From the human T2T-CHM13v2.0 reference genome, Homo sapiens, in assembly GCF_009914755.1 (NCBI RefSeq), contig NC_060938.1: a stretch of DNA of 64,000 nt, one strand, 5' to 3'. This document shows, in pieces, positions 44,864-62,907 of the stretch. Both the position numbers and the translations under genes were made by a program. How positions within the stretch are numbered: the stretch's first letter is position 1; each line of letters begins with the position of its first letter. The notes under the pieces were generated by a model, which had not been told where the DNA came from, did no database searches, and saw nothing but the letters and a program-made list of their open reading frames with translations.

Positions 44864-44933
44864 CCATTTTGGGAAGAAGTTCTTTATCAGCTCCCTTGAA
44901 AAAGCACACGTAGATCACCAGTCCTCTTTGGAC
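44864..44933 (-). CDS. DTD2: DTD2 coding exon 2 (70 nt, [23 protein letters not shown] + G)
   Basis: Acceptor ttctcatag|GTC and donor ATGG|gtatgt; translated by hand; phase 0 in and phase 1 out fit exons 1 and 3. Confidence 0.96.
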
Positions 44934-46858
44934 CTATGAGAAATCACCACAGTAAACTCAGATTACAACAATATCTGTAAAGATACAGGGCTAAATGGGT
45001 ACAGTTTCACAACTATTAATATTATAGACATAGAGGTTAAAAGCACAGAAAATGAACTTTACAAAAGATTTCTCATGTGAGAAAACAAAATATTTTTCAA
45101 TTTTCAATCATCTCAGTTATTTCTTTCAAATTTAAGTTTAAAATATACCCAAGAGCAGTGAAGACAAGTTATACCTTCAAACATTTATTTCTAATCAAAA
45201 TCATTAAGAGGATCAACCAGCCTTTTCTCAAGTAAGGGTGACAGACTTAGAAACATTTCGTTTGCTGGGCCCCATTTATTCAATGCCAAGTGAATTCACA
45301 TTATACCAGATACAGCTGATGGATAAACAACATGTGACTGATATCTTTTGACATCATCTCTCTTTATTTCCCCTAATCCATTTACTTACAAATAATGAAA
45401 ATAAGGGTCTGATTCTATTTCTATAAGCTCCAGGAAACTGTCCAATTATTTGTTGTTGTTGTTGTTATTGTTGTTAATGCTTTATATAAACATGATTAGG
45501 ACTTGAAAACTGCATTTGTGATAGTAAATTCTACATTAAAAGGTTGGTTGTTATCAGGAATATAGGCTTATTTATTTTACATAATGGCTTGGATATTTCT
45601 TAGATCTTGTAGGACAGAGACTATACAGAAAAGAGACATTTGAATAGTGACTTTGATTCTGCTTCTGAGTGAATCATTAGATTTTTTTGATTCTGTAAAT
45701 TAATCTTGACTCCAGGAGCTATTAGGAAGATTAAATGAGTTAACATTTGTAAAGTACTTAAACACAGTGCCTGGTTCATAGTAAGTGCTATATTAGTGTT
45801 TATTAAATGAGTATGTAAAAATAAATTTAAGGGCAGAGGCACAATTTATTTCACATTTTAACTTCCAAAGCACTTTACAGGCTGTTTTGTACACGATAGG
45901 GATTCAGTTTATCTGTTGATTGCATTAACATTCAACTATATGTTCCAGGCTCTATGCGTTATCCAAAGAATTTTCTAGATAAATGTAAATGCAGCTCTGC
46001 ACTCACACGTGATTTACCTGGAAAAGAAGTGAGTTTTAAAAAGTACAATCGTGCTACTGAAACAATAGGCAAGGGCCTCCAATGCATACCCACGAGAAGC
46101 TGGCAAGTTATTATAGGTATTTGCACTACTGTCACAGGCCTCTCCACTAGTATTGTTTTCATCATGAATCGAAATCTTAAGCATATTTATATTTGGACAC
46201 ATGCAATGTCAGAATTAAATACCTAATCATTTGCAGAACGATACCTGTTCTTTCCACTAACATTATCTCCTCATTAAGGTCTTTGCCTTTCATTTATTCC
46301 ATAATAGATGTTAAGCTGTGACTTCAAGTCAAAAATCACTTTCCTTATAACTTCTTTGGTATAAAACATTTCAAATATATAGAAAAATACAGATAATTCT
46401 CACTGTAGCTTTAAAAAGTTCACTTACCAGGAACAAAAACATTAGTCTGTGACAGCAAAGTTCTAAATGAATGAAACTAAGAACAAGCAAAGAAAGTAAC
46501 CTTCAAATCTTGACAATTAAAATGCTGTTTCTAAAAAAACAAGAACTTTTAATAATAGAACAGGGTAGAGAATATGTAAGAAGAAAGAATTTACATTTTC
46601 TCACCATCTAAATTACTTGTCAGCTCTTTAAACTAATTTAGTTATGTGTGTAGGAGTGAAAGGGAAAGCCTTTAAAATAGGTTTTAAGTTTATAAACACA
46701 AACTGATAGTTTGGATGCCAGCAATAAAATACATGTGATTTTGCATAAGGAGATGTAGCCTGAACAACATAAAAAAGATAAATAAGCATGGAAGGAAACT
46801 AAATGACTGATAGTTTGCAATTATAGTGTCTGGATGCAACTATAAAAATGGATAATTC

Positions 46859-48107
<1,249 letters not shown>

Positions 48108-48449
48108 CTACACTGAAGTTTCTGAGTATCTACAAAAGTCTTAATTATGAACTAATTTTTTTCTTACATTTCAACGTACTCCAAAAATACGTCAGAGGCC
48201 TTAAAGAAAATTTTATTTGTTTTTGTATGCAGTGGGGGCAGGCGGTCTTAAAAAGTAAAGTATGTATGAAAGTAGAAGGAACTCATAGTGACATAAATGT
48301 TTTAAATTCTTTGGAGAAATGTGTTTGATAAGGCAACATTGTTATAAAAGTAGAGGTCTTTGTTTCTCAGTTGGAAATTGGTCAAAACTTTTAAAAGGCT
48401 TCTTGAAATAGAATTGTTTCTTAGGAAATCTCATTTCTATGCTAAGACC

Positions 48450-49230
48450 AAGTCAACATAGGGGGGAATTCGACGCGATCTGAGGCGTAAGTCAAAGCAG
48501 ATCATGAACTCTTGCAGCAAACCTGACCTACAAGCTTGCCCCCGACCAGCATAGACCACGAGCTGCAAGGGGTCTGAGACAGTAAGGCCTGAAGTTCACC
48601 GAACTCAGTTTCAAATACCTGTGGTCCCCCCAAGAAGGGAGACACGCTCTTCCTCTCGGGTGCTACAACTGGCGCTGGGGAACGGTGATGCTGGACCGAA
48701 AAGACAAGCGCAGCCAGGCAGGCCACCGCGGCCAGCTTCAAGCTGACCCGGTATCCCCGCGGCCGGACCGCCGGTCTCAGAGGGAGACACAGAGCGGACG
48801 AGTCACCGAGACAACGCGGAAAAAACCGCCCCGCACGCCGGAGGATAACGAGAGCTGCCGGGCTGACGTTACCTCCACCCACTGGGCCGCGACGTCCCCA
48901 TCGGCTGGGCGAATTTGCAGCCGGGCGTGCAGGCACTGCTGTAGGAGCGCCCGGGCCTGAGGAATCCGGCTACCCTCAGCCATGGCTTAAGCCAGCGCCG
49001 CGGCCGGACAGTTACTAGGCCATGTGTCGCTGGCCCCTCCCTCGACGCGCTGGCGGGGCAGACGAGGCGGGGCACGACGAAGGGCCTGCGCCGATTGCCC
49101 AGTGGCCCCGCCCTTAGGAGGGCGGGGCCTCGGACTGACTCTCGAATGTCCCGGATGTGCGGTCTTGGAGGCCGGCGTAGCGCTAAGCTTCTCGGCAGCA
49201 CCTGCCCAACTCTGTAGAAGGCGCTCAGTG
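48450..49230 (-). promoter_or_regulatory. CpG-island, TATA-less promoter of DTD2
   Basis: High CpG density around exon 1; GC boxes CCCCGCCC at 49106-49113 and GGGCGGGG at 49120-49127. Confidence 0.9.
48873..48983 (-). CDS. DTD2: DTD2 coding exon 1 (37 codons, [37 protein letters not shown])
   Basis: ATG in strong Kozak context (GCC ATG G) inside a CpG island; donor GAG|GTAACG at 48872; peptide recognised as the DTD2 N-terminus. Confidence 0.97.
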
Positions 49231-51515
49231 TATACTTTTATTAAACGATTGAAAAGACTCGTTAAATCTCTTTCCTACAAACCTTTTAAGAAACATTTTT
49301 CACCTCAGAAAGCTTAGGTTCCAACTGTTGAAAAATTTTAAATCTGCTTGATTTAAATTCATGTTATGCCCATATGAAAGTAAGTAAACAAATAATCGAA
49401 TCATAAAGCAAGCGGAGATGGAACTAAAAGCTATATATACATCCTTCAAAATTTTCCTTATTCCAATCAATAAAAACAATGCTGCCTCCTCTATCGGGAA
49501 TGCCATAAATTATTCTGATTCCACAGTTGTGAAAAGGTATTGGTATGCTATACGAATACACATTCTTTAGAAGATATCCTTGTTAAAAATGTTCTTATCC
49601 AAGAAAGTATGATTGTTAATAACTTAGCCCGCTACTAATACAAAAATAAAACAGCTTATTCTGATGCATATGACGTAAATTCTGTGATGCATTTTCTGGA
49701 AGTACATATTAGAATGTAAATAAAACTAAACAAGGGCTTGATTTTCTTTCCCATGTAACGTATTCCTTAAACATGCATCAGATTAGCATTTATTTGTCTA
49801 TGGGCTTGGATGGTTTAGATGAGGAATAATAGTGTTACCCTGATTGCATTACCCAGGTCATTGATTTGGGCTCAGTTGACACAATGTGCCTATACATTCG
49901 GATCTGTTGTTTAAAAAGATGACATCACTGACAGTGTTGCTATCCATACAAAGTAGTGTGACTGAAGAAAATAGTCCATGCATAATCAACAGTCCTTTGT
50001 ACACAAAATCGAAGCTGCTTGTTTGCTGGTTATCTTGCAGCCAGGTTTACACTTTTAGTAAAAACAGAAAGCAAAATCTCACATGATCTCTGATTGTTGC
50101 ATTGCAGGGATTCCAACAGTTGTTGACATTTGTCTGCAAAGCACAGACAAGTTGAATTGCTTCATGTCTGCACCTTTATGTCATTATAACTACTGAGTCT
50201 CTTTTCTCTCCGGCTCTCAGATTCAGATTTTACAGGCCTGAAAGAAACTTTGACATACAAACCATTAGCTATGTCCCAGAATAAGAAAAGACTTTGGTGT
50301 CCATTTGTATGTGGTTGCAGGAAATAGGGAGGTCTATAGAGAATAGGTTATGTGGTTTGCAGAGATCTTTCTACAGAGAGGGTTTCTTTAACAAATTGGG
50401 AAACCCTTCCTGTGAGTAGAATAGATGGAGTATGGATGGTAATGGTTAGCTTCTCAAAAATCACTAATTACTTTAAACCCTCCTATTGAGTGAGGATCTC
50501 GTGGACATTGCTGTAGGTACTGTAATAGGCTGTGGCTCACTTATTTTTTACTTCTATTTGCAGAAGGCTATAGAGAGTGGCCACCAAAGACAGCATTTCC
50601 TTTCTGTATTTTATTTTTTGAACACTTAGTTTCATTCTGCAAATAATTTAAGAAGGAAGGACATGCATGCAATAAAATAGTAAAATGTGAATTAAAGCAT
50701 TAGAAATAAAGAAACTAGAATTATGTCAGTAAGCCACAATGGGGGAAATTGAAAACAGGTAAGACAGTGGTTCTCAACTGGAGTGCTGAGATGATATAGT
50801 ATGCAGCAAAATTTTCACAAATGTATAACTTTAATTTTTGTTATAAAACAATTATGTTCATTGTATGTAGTATTGAGGTGCTGTAGGTTGTACAATTTGT
50901 TTCAAGTTGGAACTAAAGGCAAAGCATAGCATTAAGTTGGCTTTACAAGAAGATGGTGGTTCACTGGAATGTGAGAGAGCTTTGCCTTGTCATTGTATGA
51001 GAAATCATTGAGCAGAGATAATTCTCAAACACCTACAATACTGAAAGTGTACCATATGGATAGGGGATTAATTGTGGATGGGTTCTATGTCCTCTGAGAT
51101 GGTACAATAACTAATTTAGTGTTATTTTACCTTCTTTAATTCATTTAAGTTGGCTGCCCTAAATTCTGGCATTCAAAGTATTTCACAAACATGAAAAGTT
51201 TGAGAACCATTTCTAAAAGATTCCTTAGAGTTGATGCTAAGCTTCCTGGTTGTAAATAGGAGAGGATAGGGAAGGGCAGTATAATCTATTTCATAGTTCT
51301 AGGGATAAGCAGAGCTTTTCCTCAGATTTAGCTCTCAGCTGAGCCTCTTACCTGAGACTTTATATAGGATATGTTAATAAATACAAGTGCAGGCCTGGCG
51401 AGGTGGCTGATGCCTGTAATCCCAGCACTTTGGGAGGCTGAGGTGGGTGGATCACGAGGTCAGGAGATGGAGACCATCCTGGCTAACACGGTGAAACCAT
51501 TTTTAGTCTCTACTA

Positions 51516-51746
<231 letters not shown>

Positions 51747-53244
51747 TTAGGGAAGACAGTATCTAGCCCTCTAGTTTAAAGCCCAGATATTTTTTTTTCT
51801 AGTTTAAAGCCCAGAGATTTATTTTTTTTTGAAAAAAAAAATAATAACCAGGTTCTGAGAAATTGGTTAACATTAACTAAAATGCACATTAGATTGGGGT
51901 AGAACCAGAATACTAATTTAGTCATTTACAACAAGAAATATTGCCATGACATGGAGTAGAAATTCTCACATAGGGCATGGTCAGCATGTTTCCCCCTGTG
52001 GTGAAGCATAGGAAGCTAGATCATATTCAGAAGTCTCTTTATTAATTAACTATGAGAAATACTCAAAATCGGTATGACCAGCATATTATTTTTATGTAGA
52101 GAGAGTAACACAGAAATCAGGATGTTGCTTGGTAAATGAGAACTCGAACAAAGAGGGTGAGAAAATTTTTTTGTGGAAGACACCTAACTATGACCCCAAG
52201 TACTAAGCACAGGAGACAGTGAGAAATATACTAAACTATGTCCCTACAGCAAATGTAGTATCAGATTTTCTAGGGCAATTTCTTTAATTGTTCCTTGATA
52301 AAATCAGAATCCCTTGATATAACCCCACAATAAAAGCAAGCCTTCAGATGTAATATGGTCTAAATATACTAATGTGACGGTCCTACTCTACTAGAGATTA
52401 ATGCATGAACTTTGTGTACTTCACTTAATCCTAATCAATTTTCTCAACTGGGCTTTTGAGAAGTGTTGAACCATGGGATCGTTCAAGGTTTAGTCCATGG
52501 CAAGGGCTTGTGGAGTAGGGTATTTTATATTATTGACCAAGACACTGTGATTTAGAGATCAAAAGAGCAAACAGGGAGGTTACACTGTATATTGAAAAGG
52601 GAAAGGCCAAATTAGGACGTGCATTTGGATGAATAGCTATGCTGGTTATATATGAAGGTGGATTTAAGGATTTCTGAAAAAGTAGTTTTGTCTACTATAA
52701 CACATAAATGAAAAAATTAGGTTCCTAAAGTTCTATACAGTGGCAGATATAATTTTGGCTTGGAAAAATTGTCTAAGCAGTTGTCTTGACAGAAAACAGA
52801 TGGCACACTTTCAAAAGGTGAAGAGAAGCTGAGCATGGTGGTGGCTCATGCCTGTAATCCCAGCACTTTGGGAGGCTGAGGCTGGAGAATCATTTCAGCC
52901 CAAGAGTTTGACACCAGCCTGGGCAAGATGGTGGGACCCCCATCTCTACTGAAAAAAGAAAGAAGGTCGGGCACGGTGACTCACATCTGTAATCCCAGAA
53001 CTTTGGGAAGCCGAGGCAGATAGATCACTTCAGCTCAGGAGTTCGAGACCAGCCTGGCCAACATGGTGAAACCCCATCTCTACTAAAATACAAAAAGTAG
53101 CCGGGCGTGGTGGCTTGTGCCTATAATCCCAGCTATTGGGGAAGCTGAGGTGGGAGAATCGCCTGTACCCAGGAGGTGAGGGTTGCAGTGAGCTGAGATT
53201 GAACCACTGCGCTTCAGCCTGGGTGACACAGCAAGACTCCATCT

Positions 53245-53345
53245 AAAAAAGAAAAGAAAAAAGAGAAGAAAAGAGAGAGAAAGAGAGGAAGGAAGGAAGG
53301 AGAGAGGAAGGAAGGAAGGAGAGAAAAAGAAAGAAAGAAAGAAAG
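53245..53345. repeat. GA-rich (GAAA/GGAA)n polypurine tract
   Basis: Seen directly; extends from an Alu tail. Confidence 0.9.
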
Positions 53346-53940
53346 TAAGTGACGAGAATAAGAGAGTTGAAAGAAGGTTGAATGAAGGGATCATTAACCA
53401 GGTATGTGAAAGGTTAAGGAAAACCATCAGGGGATAGTGAAGGACCCAGGGCTAGCAACAACAGGAAGCAGTTACCATTCTGAAGGGGTAAGAGGAAGGA
53501 ATAGTTTTCTTCAAGAACCAGCAAGAACTGTGGGTCACACTTGACAGGACCTGTGACCTTCCATAGAGAAATGCAGCCTCTGCCAAACTGCAGCCTGTTT
53601 TCCCTCTCCTCCTAGCTTTGATTGTCTGCCATTTCTCTCATTGGCTACACCCAGCTGGAAGTTAGAGTAAGGGTTGATTCAGTACATAAAAAAAGCCTCC
53701 TGGGACACAGAATAGGATATAGAAGGATGGAGAGTGGATCTGAAAGGACACACTGAGAAGATCCAGGGCAGCAACTACTTCCAGCTTCTATGGACAGAGA
53801 GAAATATCAATACTTACCTTCTACAGGATAATTTAGTGGCAAAATATACCCCTCATCTGTATATCCAGTTTTCTAATTACAAGGGGCTATTTTATGAAGC
53901 AATTATATTTTGGGTGATAGCTGTAAAGAATAATTATTTT

Positions 53941-55025
<1,085 letters not shown>

Positions 55026-55135
55026 AAGAACAATTATTTTAGCTTAAGAATATGGGACAACAATTATCTATTGAGGTGAACACATAATGCTAATAAAACT
55101 ACATTTGTAAAAGTGAGGCCAGGCATGGTGGCTCA

Positions 55136-55440
<305 letters not shown>

Positions 55441-55828
55441 TCACACAAAAATGTTACAGAATATTTAAGATAATCTGATTGGGCCTGTGCAAATTTCACT
55501 TTAGGGGTGTCCAGTATAATCACCGAGAGACAGTCAGTCTTCCACTAGGGCATCTGAAACTGAGGTGTGAGAGGCCCATGTGAATTCTGACTTCAAGACA
55601 CTTGCCACATACATTAAGACTCTGAGGGAAGGCCAGGCGAGGTGGCTCGTGCTTGTAATCCCAGCACTTTGGGAGGCCAAGGCGGGTGGACCACTTGAAC
55701 CCAGGAATTCAAGACCAGCCTGGGCAACATGGTGAAACCCCATCTCTACAAAAAATGCAAAAATTAACCAGGCATAGCAGCTCACACCTGTAATCCCAGC
55801 ACTTTGGGAGGCCAAGGCAGGCAGATCA

Positions 55829-56357
<529 letters not shown>

Positions 56358-57391
56358 TGAGTAGCTGGGACTACAGTCATGCGCTACTATGCCTGGCAAA
56401 TTTTTGTATTTTTTGTAGAGATGAGATTTCACCATGTTGCCCAGGCTGGTCTCAAGCTCCTGAGCTCAAGTGATCTGGCTGCCTCGGCCTCCCAAAGTGC
56501 TGGGATTACAGGCGTGAGCCACCGCCACTGGTCTACAATCATATATTTTATCATAGAGCTGTTTCTTACCATAGGCAGAGACTGAGTCCAGGAGTATCGG
56601 TCCTGTGGAAGTCCCTCCACATGAAAATATAAGACCTAGAAAAATAATAGTTTCCACCTAATAGCTGACTCTATATTTAAGATGAATAGTTTGTATAACC
56701 AGGAAGGAGATGGATTTTAGATTGAAACTTAATATTGATTGTTACTTTATTCAATTTGCTTTTTTAATTCTTATTTTATTACTGCAACATTTGCTATTGT
56801 GTTGCCTAGGTAACATAAACAAGTGCTTTTAACTCTAAGGCAGTGATGTATATCTTTGGCAGTCTGTAGGGTTTCCCAGGGGAGGCTGATAAATTATCTT
56901 GATCTTTGGGTTATTTTTCAGTTTACAGTGTTGTAATAACTTAGCAATGCATTCTATGATCTTTTGAATATTTGTGTATGTCTGTTAGCCTTTTTGCCAA
57001 GTCAGGCCAGTCTGTTTTAAGGGCTTTTTGTAATTTGGGCCCTGTATCCTTTTTAGAAAGAAATTGTGAAAGATTTTGAATTGGGCAAAAGAGATTTGTG
57101 GATATTATTGTAATGGAATGCTGGAGCCTCTGGGAATTACCTGGTCCTATAGGGCTATCTTATAGGGCTTACTTATCTTTGACCAGGCTGTCTTACAACT
57201 CTGCAAAGATAGAAGTAAACTTCTATCTTCAAATCATTCCTATCTATAAAAATGTAAAATTGTCTTTAGTGGAATGAAACTGATTATTACCTTGTGGATA
57301 TTGCCTAGTTTTGCCAGTTTTGCATCCATTTGAAGTTCATTTCAGTATTCTTAACCTGATTATAAATGTGTAGTTCTCTCTCTTGCTCTCT

Positions 57392-57426
<35 letters not shown>

Positions 57427-57966
57427 AGACAGAGTCTCGCTCTGTCACCCAGTCTGGAGTGCAGTGGCACTATCTTGGCTCACTGCAACTTCCACCTCTA
57501 GGTTTTAGTGATTCTTGTGCCTCAGCTTCCCAAGTAGCTGGGATTACAGGTATACACTACCATGCCCAGCTAATTTTTTTATTTTTAATAGAGATGGGGT
57601 TTTGCCATATTGGCCAGCCTGGTCTTGAACTCCTGGCTTCAAGTGATCCACCTGCCTTGGCCTCCCAAAGGGCTGGGATTACAGGCGTAAGCCCCTGTGC
57701 CCTGCCCTCTCTCGCTCTCTCTTTTTTTAAGCTTTTTACTTTTGAATAGGGTTAGGTTTAGATTTACGGAAAAGTTGAAAGATAATAGAGAGTTCTCATA
57801 TACTCCTTGCCTAGTTTCCCCTACTGTTAACACCTCAAATTACTACGGTACATTTGTGACAACCCAGGAGCCAGTATTCCATACTTTATTTAATTCCATG
57901 CTTTATTCAGATTTCACTGGTTTTTCCCTAAAGTCCTTTTTCTGGATCCCATCCAGGATGCCACGT

Positions 57967-58927
57967 TTTTAGTGGTGGCAAATCCATACAAGTCTGCAGC
58001 AACCTCAGTTCTTACCTCCTCAGAAGAACAAATTTGACTGAGGGGCATAGTGAGAGACTGAGGCAAGTTTTAGAGCAGGAGCGAAAGTTTATTAAAAAGT
58101 TTTAGGGCAGGAATGAAAGGAAGTAAAGTACACTTGGAAGAGGGCCAAGTGGGCAACTTGAGAGAGTCAAGTGCACGGTTTGACCTTTGACTTAGGGTTT
58201 TATATGTTGGCATACTTACTGGGTCTTGTGTCTCTTCTCCCCTGATTCTTTCCTTGGGGTGTGCTGTACACATGTGCAGTGGCCTACTAGCTCTTGGAAG
58301 GGGCTGCATGCACAGTGTGTTTACTGGAGTTGTACACGTGCTCACCCGAGGTGTTCTTCCCTTACCAGTCAAATGTTCCTAGAAGGTCATGTACCAGTTA
58401 AACTCTGCCACTGTGCCTCTTTAGTGCACATGCCTGAACCCAGTTGCCCAACTCCTGAGATCTTTTTTTTTTTTTGAGATTGAGTTTCGCTCTTGTCTCC
58501 TGGGTTCGAGCGATTCTCCCGCAGCCTCCTGAGTAGCTGGGACTACAGGCACGTGCTACCATGCCTGGCTAATTTTTGTATCTTTAGTAGAGACACGGTT
58601 TCACCATGTTGGCCAGGCTGGTCTCCAACTCCTGACCTCGAAGTGATCCTCCCGCTTTGGCTTCCCAAAGTGCTTGGATTACCGGAGTGAGCCACTGTAT
58701 CCAGCCTTGAGATTTTATCAGGCAGCTGCTGATAACCAGTTTCAGGTTTTCTGTATCTATTGGGAGACTGCCTTTCCCTGGCACCGGCTGCAGCCAATTA
58801 TTATTATTATTAACTTATTATTGTTACAGTGCAACAACTGACACATCACCTGATGGTGGACTGACATTCCTGGTTGGGGAGGTCCCTCCTCTGCCCTGTT
58901 CATTTCTGACTGGCTACCTACTGTAAC
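57967..58927 (-). mobile_element. MER50-like ERV1 solo LTR with an internal Alu (58463-58705)
   Basis: ctgcagcaacctca...cctcctcagaaga...gactgaggggcata motif; ends tgtaaca. Confidence 0.75.
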
Positions 58928-59081
58928 AACATTACATTTAGTCATCATGTTTCTTTAGGCTGTGACAGTTTCTTAGACTTTCCTTGTTTTTAATGACTTT
59001 GACAATTTTGAGGAGCACTGGTCAGGTGTATTGTAAAATAACCCTCTATTGGAATTGGATTTTTTTCAATATACATACATA

Positions 59082-59084
<3 letters not shown>

Positions 59085-59115
<31 letters not shown>
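59085..59115. repeat. (TA)n microsatellite
   Basis: Seen directly. Confidence 0.95.
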
Positions 59116-59117
<2 letters not shown>

Positions 59118-59431
59118 CCTCTATAATTATACGCAGAGATTATAGATCTTTGGAGGCAGATCACAGAGGTGAAGTGCCATTTTTAACACATTATATGAAG
59201 AGTACATGCTGTCAACTGTCTTATTGCTGATGATGTTGACCTTGATCACCTGGCTAAGGCAGTGTTTGTGAGGTTTCTCCTCTATAAATTTATACCTCCT
59301 CTCATACTTTACTCTTTTGAAGCAGATCAGTAAACGCAGCTCATACTCAAGGGGTGAGGAGTTAAAATCCATCTCTTTATGTAGGGAGTATCTATATCGA
59401 TTACTAGGAATTCTTAATTACAAAAGATTCG

Positions 59432-60350
<919 letters not shown>

Positions 60351-60740
60351 CATCCTTTTGAAAAGAAAATAATAAATATTATTATAGTCAAAGAAAAAAA
60401 TGTGAATTATTTTATCACATTGACTGTATCAGTCAGGATCCCATCAGCAAGTAAATAACACTCTAAACAGGATAACCTGCGAAAGAAAGGTTTATTTACA
60501 GAGACTATTGATGAAGGTGTGGGTGGAGTAGAACCGCAGAGGTTAATGTAGTAACCAAGGACATAGTAGCAGCTGAGATTTTACCATCCCTTGGGCCTAA
60601 AGGGAGAAGTGGGGCTTGGGGGAATCTGGAATCCAGAGGTAGAGATTTGCGTAGATACTTGAGAAAAGGAGTCAACCCTCTGCCAAGAAGTACAGCCAAC
60701 TCCAACTCCAGGTGACCGTTCAGGAAGGAAGCTAGGAGAA

Positions 60741-61103
60741 TGATATGGTTTGGCTCTGTGTCCCCACCCAAATCTCATCTCAAATTGTAATCCCTACATG
60801 TTGGACGGAGGGACCTAGTGACAGACGATTGGATCATGGGCGCTGATTCCCCAATGCTGTTCTCATGATAGTGAGTGAATTCTTATGAGATCTGATGGTT
60901 TTAAAAGTGGCAGTTTCCCCTGTGCACTCTCTCTCTCTCCTGCCACCTTGTGAAGAAGGTGCTTGCTTCCCCTTCGCCTTCCACCATGTTTTAAGTTTCC
61001 TGAGGCCACCCCAGCCATGCAGAACTGTGAGTCAATTAAACCTCTTTATAAATTACCCAGTCTCACGTAGTATATTTATCACAGTGTGAAAACGGACTAA
61101 TAC
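60741..61103. mobile_element. MST/THE1-family MaLR solo LTR
   Basis: tgatatggtttggctctgtgtccccacccaaatctcatct ... ggactaataca. Confidence 0.9.
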
Positions 61104-61104
61104 A

Positions 61105-61910
61105 GGGAATAAATATGTGGTGTGATGATATATATTGGTTTTCATCCAGGGCTCCTGGCTTATAACTCCCATAGCCTTTATTACAGTCCTTTGTTATGAT
61201 GTTGGATGTGTTAGGTCTCAGGGGCAGGACTCTGACCTTCTCCGGCCCTCCTTTCACCTGCCCCAAGGCAGGACTCCAGTTTTCGGATTGTGGGCCTTAA
61301 GATCCTCCCATGAGAAGGTCCCACCCTAGACCCTGGGGGAAGGGATGCTGACATCATGAAGCTTCCAAAAAAACCCGAGAGGACAGAGTTCAGTGAACTT
61401 CTGGAGACCTGAACATGTAGGTATAGCTAAACAATAATGAACACATGAAGGTTCCTGGTGGGTGGTGTGCAGGGCATGGAAGCTCTGCACCCCTTCCTTC
61501 ATACCTCACTCTTCACTTCTCTTCTTCTGTATTGTTCGCAATAGCCTTTATAATAAACTGGTAAATGGAAGTGTTTCCCTGAGTTCTGTGAGCCACTCTA
61601 GCAAATTAATTGAACCCAAAGACAGGGTCATGGGAATCCCAACTTAAAGCTGGTCAGTCAGAAGTTCCAGAGGCTCAGACTTGTGACTGGTGTGTTGGGA
61701 GGGGCAGTCTTGGGGACTGAACTGTCAATCTGCAAGATCTGACACTATCTCTGGGTATAGAGCGTTGAAACTGAATTAGAGGACACCCAGCTAGTATCTG
61801 CTGTTTGGTGTGTGGGGAAAATATCCCCACACATTGGTCACAGATATCTGTGTTGATGATTATTGTGGTGTGAGGGTAGAGGTAAAACATGGTTAAAGTT
61901 TTCCCTTCAC
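61105..61910. mobile_element. MER21-like LTR
   Basis: gtttccctgagttctgtgagccactctagcaaattaattgaacccaa motif. Confidence 0.75.
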
Positions 61911-62267
61911 AATATACTTGACTATATTTTCCATCTTCTTTCCAATTTCTGCCAGGGCTCCCCATTGGCAAAATCAAACCAGAAAGCATGGAGACCCGTT
62001 GATATGATCCATAGAGGGCATCCTCTCAGAACAGAGAGCAATGTAGAAAATGCTCTGGTGTGGATCTGGGGGACAAGCAAGACATATCTAATACACTGAT
62101 TTAAAAGGCCTCAAAGTCTACAATGGGGACTCTTATGTCATTTTTTTGTTGGAAGATGATAGCTAGGAATATGAAGAAAGAGATGACTACGGTTAATGTT
62201 TTTGATGGAAATCTTTAATTTCTCAAAGATTTTAGAGAAGAAATCTTTAATTTCTCAAATATTTTAG

Positions 62268-62573
<306 letters not shown>

Positions 62574-62907
62574 TGACTTAGTGAATCAAGGTCCTTGACT
62601 TCCCCATTCCCTTCTTTATTTCAGCCATTGGGAATATGGCAAGACATCAGAAGAGAATGGCTGCTGGGATCCTATTCTTGGTGAGAATGCCCCTGACATG
62701 GCCCAACTTGGCATGGCAGGAAGGGATGGAGCCGCTGCCTTTAAGGGATCATGCAGACTGGAATAAGAGGCATATTAGTAGGGACCACTAAGAACCTAAG
62801 TCCTTAAGGCTGTCCTGCAATTCTCTGGACTGTGGAGGAAGGGATTTGGAATCAGATTTGATTTGATAAAGAAAAATAATGAACTATTTTTATGAAAACT
62901 AAATAAT

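Larger units (their letters stand above)
57740..59430 (-). mobile_element. Old L1M fragment hosting a MER50-like LTR
   Basis: ttacggaaaagttgaaagataatagagagttc and gaggagcactggtcaggt motifs; sequence resumes across the LTR. Confidence 0.65.
60425..62095. mobile_element. Ancient ERVL-type LTR (LTR33/LTR16-like) split by MST and MER21 insertions
   Basis: Starts tgtatcagtcagg, resumes after ~61930 and ends atctaataca; a similar diverged element lies at ~52780-53765. Confidence 0.5.
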
